Below, piece after piece: positions 55,091 to 63,088 of a DNA stretch of 64,000 bases. Position numbers and translations under genes: made by a program. The DNA comes from Alphaproteobacteria bacterium (lineage in GTDB: Bacteria; Pseudomonadota; Alphaproteobacteria; G965222575), in assembly GCA_965222575.1 (NCBI GenBank), contig OZ244958.1, forward strand, positions 480,001-544,000, given 5' to 3'. How positions within the stretch are numbered: position 1 is the first letter of the stretch; every line of letters begins with the position of its first letter. The notes under the pieces are model-generated. The model did not search any database. It was given only the letters and a program-made list of their open reading frames with translations, and had not been told where the DNA came from.

Positions 55091-56128
55091 TTATTGAGAT
55101 GAGAGAAAAAATTGACGGCTAAGACGCAATCCTTGACCTTGATAATGAGACCCAAGGGCAGCACCATATGGACGAGCAACCGCTTTGTTCAGAGGATAAA
55201 ATGTCAACTGACCCACCACTTGCTTGTGAGATAACAACATAGGCGTTTCATGTACGCGTATCTCTAAGACAGCACGCGAGGGTACCCCTAGACCAAAGCC
55301 CGGGTCAAAAAACCCAGCATAATGTAAACGATATGCCCCTAAACTATGTTCATAAGGACATAACTCTGCTGTCATTGATAAAGGAATGGAAACACTCTCA
55401 TGACTCCGCAAAATATAAAAATTGTCTGGCAATAAAGACAGCCAACCCTCCTTTGCCTTCACAGGCTCCCAAAAATCCTCCGCCCGATAACGCCCAACAG
55501 AATCAAACACTAAAGGCCTTGTAACCGCCTTCTTCGCAACCCACCCCACAACCCCTCCTTCTTCCTCCAAACTCATCCGTATAGGCATACGCTCTATAGT
55601 CTTCTGTTTCACTGATTTCTTCGCAAAACGTATCTGATTAAGCGTGTCTCCTGCTTTGAGAACAATATCAAAACTCCGGGACGAAATTTCCGCATATAAT
55701 GACCCCTCATAACCAAAAGGCGTCCTATCATAACAGGCTATCTCCTTACCAGATTCACACATCAAACGCACAAACATATCTAAGCGCCCAGACGAACTCT
55801 TCGCATTGCTAATACACAGAACTTCTTCTGGTAAAGATAAAGACTCCATCAACGGCACAATATACACATGAGACTTCTTGAAAAGCGCACCATCCCCTTC
55901 CAGATTCAACACTTCATCACTCAAAGACTGTAAAGCCGATTGCAAAGGACAATCCTCCGATGGAAGAAAACTTCCCCGCACAGCATAGGCTTTCTTCCCA
56001 AGACGTAAATCTAAACTTGCAGGCTGTTGCTGTCCCGACTTGAGAGGATGGACAGCATGTACCCATGAAAGCGTGCGCTTCTCCAGTGATAACATCTCTA
56101 ACATGTCATAAAACATAAACCGCCTCAA
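55091..56128 (-). CDS. dcd: dCTP deaminase (alphaproteobacterial two-domain type)
   Basis: QPASLDLRLG, NAKSSSGRLD, HYAGFFDPGFG, YQGQGL. Confidence 0.92.
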   Translation of the reverse strand: MRRFMFYDMLEMLSLEKRTLSWVHAVHPLKSGQQQPASLDLRLGKKAYAVRGSFLPSEDCPLQSALQSLSDEVLNLEGDGALFKKSHVYIVPLMESLSLPEEVLCISNAKSSSGRLDMFVRLMCESGKEIACYDRTPFGYEGSLYAEISSRSFDIVLKAGDTLNQIRFAKKSVKQKTIERMPIRMSLEEEGGVVGWVAKKAVTRPLVFDSVGRYRAEDFWEPVKAKEGWLSLLPDNFYILRSHESVSIPLSMTAELCPYEHSLGAYRLHYAGFFDPGFGLGVPSRAVLEIRVHETPMLLSHKQVVGQLTFYPLNKAVARPYGAALGSHYQGQGLRLSRQFFLSSQ

Positions 56129-56210
56129 ATCGTAAAAAAATACCTGTTATTACTATAGACAATTTCTATCTTCAGGGAAAAGAATTAAAAGAAAGCCAAT
56201 GAGAGATTCT

Positions 56211-56507
56211 TCTTGTCAAAGGCTAAGGGAAACCAGTGAAAGTAGGGCGTGAGGTTGGCGGATTGTCTTTAGTCTCTTGTCAAAGGCTAAGGGGAAACCA
56301 GTGAGAGTAGGGCGTGAGGAGGTTGGCGGGTTGTCTTCAGTCTCTTGTCAAAGGCTAAGGGGAAACCAGTGAAAGTAGGGCGTGAGGTTGGCGGGTTGTC
56401 TTCAGTCTCTTGTCAAAGGCTAAGGGGAAACCAGTGAAAGTAGGGCGTGAGGTTGGCGGATTGTCTTCAGTCTCTTGTCAAAGGCTAGGGGGAAACCAGT
56501 GAGAGTA
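56211..56507. repeat. 64-68 bp tandem repeat, about 4.5 copies, including the prfB stop codon
   Basis: TCTTGTCAAAGGCTAAGGG(G)AAACCAGTGA(A/G)AGTAGGGCGTGAGGTTGGCGG(A/G)TTGTCTT(C/T)AGTC units starting at 56211, 56275, 56343, 56408 and 56473. Confidence 0.95.
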
Positions 56508-57592
56508 AATAGGCTTCTAAGAAGCCATCTATTTTTCCATCTAAAACAGCCTTACCGTTTCTGTTTTCATAGTGTGTGCGTAAATCTTTCACCATTGTAT
56601 AAGGGTGAAAAACATAAGAGCGTATCTGGTGTCCCCATCCTATATCCTCTAATTTTCCGTAGTTTTTTTGTTTATCATCTAGGACTTTTCTTTCTGATAG
56701 TTCGTAGAGTCTCGCTTCTAACATTTTTCGCGCTTGTGCGCGGTTGCGGTGTTGAGAGCGGCTATTTTGGCATTGAACGACAATGCCTGTTGGGTAGTGT
56801 GTCAGACGAATGGCGCTGTCTGTGCGATTGACGTGCTGTCCTCCTGCTCCAGAGGCGCGGTAAGTATCAACGCGAATATCTTTTTCTTCAATTTTGATCT
56901 CTAAACGTGATTCTACCTGTGGATAAACCTCTATGGACGCAAAAGATGTATGCCGTCTCTTGCCAGAATCAAAGGGGGATATCCTCACCAAACGGTGTAC
57001 ACCAGATTCCCCTTTTAACCAACCATAGCTATACCTTCCTTTCATGCCCAAAGTTGCTGATTTAATACCAGCCTCTTCTCCATCTGTACGATGCACAATC
57101 TCACAGCCCACGCCTCGTCGTTCCGCCCACCGACTATAAAGACGCAACAACATCAAAGCCCAATCCTGGCTCTCCGTACCGCCAGCCCCCGCATGAATCT
57201 CAAGATAGCAAGACTCCTCATCACACTTCCCCTTCATCAACGATAACAAGGCTTCATGACGCGCCTCCGCCTGCACCTTCAACAAAGACTCCGCTGTGGC
57301 TTTTTGTAAGGACAAATCACCATCCTCCACAGCAAGCCTGTATAATTCCTCTAAGGTTGTCTGCTCTTCCTTCAGAGACTCATACTGTTTAATGCGTACC
57401 TGCAAGCGCTTTAAGGCCTTTAACTCTTCTTTTAAGACCTGCCCGCCTCCTGCATTCCACAGCGTTTCATCCTCTAGCTTCTCTAACCGACTCTTTAAGT
57501 GTTCCTTGCACTCAGGCCAGTCAAAGACACCTCCTGAGAATCCCTAAGGAGCTATTGAGAGATTTTAGACTGTTTTCAATATCAATTCTCAT
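56485..57592 (-). CDS. prfB: Peptide chain release factor 2 with programmed +1 frameshift
   Basis: ATG 57592 gives MRIDIENSLKSLNSSLGILRRCL, then CTT TGA C with an upstream AGGAGG. The +1 frame is continuous with the ORF containing SPF and GGQ; about 368 aa in total. Confidence 0.96.
57520..57535 (-). other. prfB autoregulatory frameshift site
   Basis: AGGAGG-TGT-CTTTGAC on the minus strand. Confidence 0.95.
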
Positions 57593-57611
57593 GAGGCTTT
57601 GGGGTAGAGTT

Positions 57612-59990
57612 TTAGTGATAGGGCGGTAGAAAAGACGAAGGCTTCGGCCAAGTGAATTCTTTGAAGCTCTTTTCATCCAATTCTTCCCAGCGCGGGCCTG
57701 TTCCCCCCCTTCTCTCCTTTTTAACGGGAATGAAAAGAATCTCCTTAGGGATGGGAAAGGTGCTTTGCGTTGACAACTCTTCAGTTTCTTGTATTGTGTT
57801 CAGCAAATCCTGAAAAATAGGAACCATGGTGTTAGAGGCCGCGGTCTTTTTCCCTAGACTCGTTGGGAGATCATATCCCATATAAAGCCCTATGGCTAAG
57901 GAAGGCGTCAAGCCTATGAACCATAAGTCCTGACTATTGTTTGTTGTGCCAGTCTTTCCAGCGAGAGGAAGGGGGATACGATTCAAGCGGGCAGCTGTTC
58001 CTCGATGGACAACCCCTTTGAGTAAGGATAAAACCTGATAGGCTACGGCAGGGGAGAGAATCTGCTCTCTTTTGTCCACCACGCGCGGGAGCTGGTCGCC
58101 TCCTTTCTCCCAAGGCAACTGCTTGTCTTCAATTTCAAAGGGCGAGTTCACAAGGAGCGTTTTCCCTTCTCTATTCTGTACACGCGAAATGAAGACAGGC
58201 GTTACTTTCTTCCCTCCGTTGACAAAACTAGCGTAAGCTGCTGTAAGCTTTAGTAAGGTCGTCTCAACAGACCCAATAGCCAAAGAAGGCGTTAAAGACG
58301 GATTCTGATTCAGTTGAAAATCCTGTACCCTTTGACCTATTTTGTCCAGACCCACCGCAAGCCCTAGACGAATGGCCATCAAATTATGGGACTGCTCTAG
58401 TCCTTGTCTTAAGGACTTCTCTCCTTCAAAAAAGCCGCTATAATTCCTAGGACGCCACAGCATAAAGTCTCCTTGCTCCATGACAAGAGGCATGTTGGAG
58501 AGGCGCGATAAGGAGGTGTACCCTTGCTCAAAGGCTGTGGCATACACAAAGGGCTTGAAAGCTGAACCGGGCTGGCGTTGTGCCTGTGTCGCCCTGTTGA
58601 AATGCGATAACCCAAATTGCCACCCCCCAATCAATGTTAACACTTCTCCTGTGTGGGCATTCATTATCACTAAGGCACCATTCACTTCAGGGACCTGCTC
58701 AATATGCCACGTCCCATCAACATTCACCCCTACAGTAACCAAATCTCCAACCTGTAGAACCTCATCTAAGGAGGTAAGCGGCTCTCCTAAGGTACCCTCA
58801 CTATCCAGTGTGCGCATCCAGTCTAAATTTTCCTCCCATAAAATTCCCTCTTCCTCTTCTTCTCCATAAAATTGTAGCTTGCCACCTCTCTCTTCTACCA
58901 CGGATAAACGCGCAAATCTCCAACCCGCTAGTAACCCCTCCGGCGGACGGAGACTCCCCCAGCCCAATGCAGACCACTCCTCTTCTGAAAGATGGCCTAT
59001 AGCCCCCCTGTACCCTCTCTTCCTGTCATAACGCCGAAGTCCAGCTTGTAAAACACTTTGACCCTCATATTGTCGTTGCGTATCCATTGTGCCATATAAC
59101 ACAAGACCTTCCTTGTACAACCTTTTTGACCCATAAGTCTTAAGCGCCCAACGACGAACTTCTTCTGTAAACCACGCCGTTGAAGCAGACCTAGCGGTAC
59201 GCTTTTGCTCCGTAACCTCTATAGGAAAAGACACAGCTCTCTTGAAAATATCTGCCGTGATATACTCATTTTTTAACATCTGTTCCAACACCCAACGCCT
59301 CCTCTCTAAGGCCCGAGCAGGGTGCTTAAGCGGGTTAAACAAGTTTGGACCCTTAGGCAAAGTCGCTAAAAACGCACACTCCTCCAATGTCAATGCTGAC
59401 ACACTCTTATCAAAATACGCCAAAGACGCTTTCCCAATCCCCCATGCTCCAAACCCAAAATAAATCTCGTTAATATACAGTTCAAAAATCTTTTCCTTTG
59501 ATAAAATCCTCTCTATACGCAAAGACAAAATCGCTTCCTGTATCTTCCTATCCAGTGTTCTTTCCCGACTCAATAGAAAATTTTTCGCCACCTGCTGGGT
59601 AATCGTTGAAGCCCCTATTAAACGCTCCTTGCGCACCTTACGACCAATATTCTTCAATCCCGCTACAATTGTACTGACTATGTCTATCCCCCCATGAGAA
59701 AAAAATCTCTTATCCTCCGCTGAAATAAAAGCTTTCACTAACAAAGGCGGTAGACTCTCATAAGGCAAATATACCCGGTGCTGATAAGCAAAATCCTCCA
59801 ATAACTCCCCCTGCCGACTGTAAAGACGACTGATGGTATCTGTCTGGTGATTGAGAAGATCACTGTGTGACGGCAGACGCACACTGTAATACAGAAAAGT
59901 CCCCAACCCCAACAACACAAAACACAAACCCCCTGCTAGCAACAGATACAGAACAAAACGACCCCTCAAAAATCGCAAAGAAAAGGACAT
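57612..59990 (-). CDS. mrcA: Penicillin-binding protein 1A
   Basis: AEDKRF, GASTITQQVAKN, RQPGSAFKP, KTGTTN. Confidence 0.94.
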   Translation of the reverse strand: MSFSLRFLRGRFVLYLLLAGGLCFVLLGLGTFLYYSVRLPSHSDLLNHQTDTISRLYSRQGELLEDFAYQHRVYLPYESLPPLLVKAFISAEDKRFFSHGGIDIVSTIVAGLKNIGRKVRKERLIGASTITQQVAKNFLLSRERTLDRKIQEAILSLRIERILSKEKIFELYINEIYFGFGAWGIGKASLAYFDKSVSALTLEECAFLATLPKGPNLFNPLKHPARALERRRWVLEQMLKNEYITADIFKRAVSFPIEVTEQKRTARSASTAWFTEEVRRWALKTYGSKRLYKEGLVLYGTMDTQRQYEGQSVLQAGLRRYDRKRGYRGAIGHLSEEEWSALGWGSLRPPEGLLAGWRFARLSVVEERGGKLQFYGEEEEEGILWEENLDWMRTLDSEGTLGEPLTSLDEVLQVGDLVTVGVNVDGTWHIEQVPEVNGALVIMNAHTGEVLTLIGGWQFGLSHFNRATQAQRQPGSAFKPFVYATAFEQGYTSLSRLSNMPLVMEQGDFMLWRPRNYSGFFEGEKSLRQGLEQSHNLMAIRLGLAVGLDKIGQRVQDFQLNQNPSLTPSLAIGSVETTLLKLTAAYASFVNGGKKVTPVFISRVQNREGKTLLVNSPFEIEDKQLPWEKGGDQLPRVVDKREQILSPAVAYQVLSLLKGVVHRGTAARLNRIPLPLAGKTGTTNNSQDLWFIGLTPSLAIGLYMGYDLPTSLGKKTAASNTMVPIFQDLLNTIQETEELSTQSTFPIPKEILFIPVKKERRGGTGPRWEELDEKSFKEFTWPKPSSFLPPYH

Positions 59991-60059
59991 AAAGCTTGGC
60001 TTGTCTTGATTGATGACTATACTATAAACTGAAAAGACCTACGTGACAACAATCCCATC

Positions 60060-60446
60060 ATGTCTAACACATTTTCTTCCTTTGCTACTATCCTAACGAA
60101 GGAAAAAAAACGACACTTCCACACCCATGATAAAGCCTTTTACGCCCTTCTGAAACATTGGGAAAAATGCGCACCAAATACCATTAGGCAAAACACAAGA
60201 CCCCTTGCATTGAGAAAAGGAATCCTCACACTCGGCGTCCACCCGCACGCTTCCTTGATTGTACGGTATCAACAAGGAAAACTCCTTCTTGCTCTACAGA
60301 ATTTTTTTCGTTCCAAAAAAATTGTGAGCATTAAACTTGTGCCACTTCCTTTGCAAGACACCCTAAAGCCTTGTGCGGGGGAAAAGTTTGAACCCAACAA
60401 GGGGGGGGAAGGAAAGCCTAAAGTCTTGTGCGGGGGAAAAGTTTGA
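60060..60446 (+). CDS. DUF721/DciA-like protein with a repeat-derived C-terminus
   Basis: LLKHWEK...TRPLALRKGILTLGV...IKLV is DciA-like; the last ~28 codons come from the repeat array. Confidence 0.65.
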   Translation: MSNTFSSFATILTKEKKRHFHTHDKAFYALLKHWEKCAPNTIRQNTRPLALRKGILTLGVHPHASLIVRYQQGKLLLALQNFFRSKKIVSIKLVPLPLQDTLKPCAGEKFEPNKGGEGKPKVLCGGKV

Positions 60447-61039
60447 ACCCAACAAGGAGGAGCGGAGGGTCTAAAGCCTTGGGAAAGTTTGAACCCAACA
60501 AGGGGGGGGAGGAAAGCCTAAAGCCTTGTGCGGGGGAAAAGTTTGAACCCAACAAGGAGGGGGAGGAAAGAAAGCCTAAAGCCTAAAGCCCTGTGCGGGG
60601 GAAAAGTTTGAACCCAACAAGGAGGAGCGGAGGAAAGCCTAAAGCCTTGTGCGGGGGAAAAGCTTGAACCCAACAAGGGGGAGGAAGGAAAGCCTAAAGT
60701 CTTGTGCGGGGGAAAAGTTTGAACCCAACAAGGAGGAGCGGAGGGCCTAAAGCCCTGTGCGGGAGAAAAGTGCGGGGGAAAAATTTGAACCCTAAGGGGG
60801 AGGAAGGAAAGCCTAAAGTCTTGTGCGGGGGAAAAGCTTGAACCCAATAAGGGGGGGAGGAAGAAAGCCTAAAGCCTTGTGTGGGGGAAAAGTTTGAACC
60901 CAACAAGGGGGGGAAGGAAAGCCTAAAGCCTTGTGCGGGGGAAAAGTTTGAACCCAACAAGGAGGAGCGGAGGAAAGCCTAAAGCCTTGTGCGGGGAAAA
61001 GTTTGAACCTAACAAGGAGGAGCGGAGGAAAGCCTAAAG
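60362..61039. repeat. ~55-bp G/purine-rich minisatellite, 12 units
   Basis: Unit CCTAAAG(C/T)CTTGTGCGGGGGAAAAG(T/C)TTGAACCCAACAAGG followed by GGGGGGAAGGAAAG or AGGAGCGGAGGAAAG; some units carry internal deletions or duplications. Confidence 0.95.
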
Positions 61040-61351
61040 AGGGGAGTGAACCAGTATTTTCAGGTCTCCCGGACTTGTTGGCAGGATAGTATGGTGATTA
61101 TTTTCATCTAGAAAGGCCACTTGGAACCACCACTCGCCTTCCTCTGTGAAGGTGTGTAATTCTACGGGGAAAACAATGGTGTTTTTTCGCACTGTGCCTT
61201 GGAGGCGTGCGATTTTTGTCGGGTCTTTCCTCAGGACTAAACGCCCGGTGATTTTTGACAAGCTTGAGAGATTGTCATACCCCTTAAGTGTGATAATAAG
61301 GGGTGTTGTATCGCCAATACAGCGGTTAGGAATTGGGGAGAAGTCACTCAT
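61034..61351 (-). CDS. Hypothetical 105-aa beta-sandwich protein, possibly BppU-N/phage baseplate-like
   Basis: IGDTTPLIITLK...GTV..TIVF...GEWWFQV...TILPT pattern; family call is tentative. Confidence 0.55.
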   Translation of the reverse strand: MSDFSPIPNRCIGDTTPLIITLKGYDNLSSLSKITGRLVLRKDPTKIARLQGTVRKNTIVFPVELHTFTEEGEWWFQVAFLDENNHHTILPTSPGDLKILVHSPL

Positions 61352-61529
61352 GGATTTTTTCGTCTTGGAGAGGCTTATAGAGGGCTATGGTGCCATGGGG
61401 GAGTGCAAAGGCAATGGTCATAGAAGGGATGAAGAATGTTATGGTGTTTTTCTTTTGAAGTGTGTGATGCAGGATTGTTCTGCGGGGAGAAGGCAAAGAA
61501 AGCGGAAATGTTGTTGGGAGATTTACCAT
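61344..61529 (-). CDS. Small hypothetical protein translationally coupled to the 105-aa ORF
   Basis: ATG start and an 8-nt overlap with the next gene; no recognisable motif. Confidence 0.35.
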   Translation of the reverse strand: MVNLPTTFPLSLPSPRRTILHHTLQKKNTITFFIPSMTIAFALPHGTIALYKPLQDEKIHE

Positions 61530-61697
61530 GGAGACGTTTTATATCTATGAGGGGTATGATACTGAAAAAGTGCATGGGGTTTTTAGAGTAACTTTCCCCT
61601 TTTCCTCTTTAACAAGTTGCTCTACAGCTGGTGTTTCCGGTAACCTTATGCCTTGTACATTGTTTTTAAGGGAGAAATATGCTTATGATAAGGCGTG

Positions 61698-61769
61698 GGG
61701 TCCGTAGCTCAACGGCAGAGCTGGCCGCTCATAACGGCTAGGTTGTAGGTTCGAATCCTGCCGGACCCA
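61698..61769 (+). tRNA. tRNA with CAT anticodon, most likely tRNA-Ile2 (lysidine), no encoded CCA
   Basis: GGGTCCG TAGCTCAACGGCAGAGC TGGCCG CT CAT AA CGGCT...GGTTCGAATCC TGCCGGACCCA. Lacks initiator features; overall sequence is Ile2-like. Confidence 0.9.
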
Positions 61770-61801
61770 CTGACAGAATGCTTCTTTAATCTTACTAGCT
61801 T

Positions 61802-63088
61802 ATGACTGAAAAAACACCCCCCTTGCTTTCTCGTGAGAACTTATTTTCTTCTCCATGGACTGTTGTGGTTGGGACGCAGTGGGGTGATGAAGGCAAGGGG
61901 CGAATCGTTGATTACCTTTGTTCTGCTGTTGCGGGTGCGGTCCGATATCAAGGGGGGCATAATGCTGGGCATACCATTGTCATAGAGGGGAAGACTTATC
62001 AGTTAAGCTTACTGCCTTCCGCTGTAGCTTATGAGGATAAAACCCTTATGCTAGGGACGGGCGTGGTCATTGACCCCCGCGCTTTAATGCGAGAGATTCA
62101 CTCCTTAGAGGCTGTTGGTCTCTCAATCCGGAATCGTCTGTTCATTGCCCGAAGTTGTGCGTTAATCCTTCCTCTTCATTCACACCTCGATGGCTTTCGC
62201 GAAGAGCGGGCAACACACCCTATTGGTACGACACGTCGCGGCATTGGGGCTGCTTATGAAGATAAAGTCGCTAGAAGAGCTGTTAGAGTGTGCGATTTGC
62301 GTGATGATAAGCTCTTAAAAGAGCGTCTTGCCAACCTTTTAGAACACCATAATCCCTTGCGGCTAGGACATGGAAAAAAACCCCTCACCCTCAAACAACT
62401 CTGGGATTTCTTAGACCCCTATAGACCCCACTTATTGCGCTTTTCCGCCGATATCCAGCACATGCTCCTCGCCGCTTGGGAGAAAAAAACGCCCCTTCTT
62501 TTTGAAGGGGCTCAAGGGACAATGTTAGATCTAGACAGCGGCTCCTACCCTTATGTTACCTCTTCTCATACCTTAGCCGGCAGTATCTATACAGGTGCGC
62601 CCCTCCCGCCTAGTGTCACCCCTTCTGTCCTAGGCGTCACCAAAGCCTATACCACCCGCGTAGGAGAAGGCCCCTTCCCTACAGAAATACCCTCCCATCA
62701 CCCCGTAGCTCAACACTTGTTTCACAAAGGAGAAGAAAGAGGAAGCGTGACAAACAGACCAAGACGTTGCGGCTGGCTCGATGGCGTCATACTGAAATAT
62801 GCCTCTAAAATTAACGGACTAGATGGACTTGTCCTCACAAAACTTGATGTCCTTGACGGACTCGAAACCATAGAGATCGCCGTAGACTATAACCTGCACG
62901 AGATATCTGAACAACATATCTCCTATAAAACCTTCGCAGGATGGCAAAACAACACAGAAGATATCACGCAAAAACAAAAACTCCCACCCCAAGCTAGAGC
63001 GTATATTGATTTTATTGAAGAATTTTGTAATGTCCCTATAAAATATGTCTGCACAGGCCCCCAAAGAAACGCCATTATCCAGTGGTAA
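61802..63088 (+). CDS. purA: Adenylosuccinate synthetase
   Basis: QWGDEGKG, GGHNAGHT, EGAQG, AYTTRVG, TKLDVLD. Confidence 0.97.
   Translation: MTEKTPPLLSRENLFSSPWTVVVGTQWGDEGKGRIVDYLCSAVAGAVRYQGGHNAGHTIVIEGKTYQLSLLPSAVAYEDKTLMLGTGVVIDPRALMREIHSLEAVGLSIRNRLFIARSCALILPLHSHLDGFREERATHPIGTTRRGIGAAYEDKVARRAVRVCDLRDDKLLKERLANLLEHHNPLRLGHGKKPLTLKQLWDFLDPYRPHLLRFSADIQHMLLAAWEKKTPLLFEGAQGTMLDLDSGSYPYVTSSHTLAGSIYTGAPLPPSVTPSVLGVTKAYTTRVGEGPFPTEIPSHHPVAQHLFHKGEERGSVTNRPRRCGWLDGVILKYASKINGLDGLVLTKLDVLDGLETIEIAVDYNLHEISEQHISYKTFAGWQNNTEDITQKQKLPPQARAYIDFIEEFCNVPIKYVCTGPQRNAIIQW

Noticed and set aside
56211-56507. CRISPR array or MITE
   Set aside because: Units are near-identical head-to-tail copies with no spacers or terminal inverted repeats, and they derive from the prfB end.
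56485-57592. prfB as a pseudogene or novel recoding event
   Set aside because: It is the well-known RF2 +1 frameshift (SD plus CTTTGAC).
60518-60960. Minus-strand ORFs of 109 and 88 aa
   Set aside because: They are translations of the minisatellite with no independent coding evidence.
60362-61039. CRISPR array
   Set aside because: The variable parts are only about 10-15 nt, low-complexity and recurring instead of unique spacers; no cas genes in the window.
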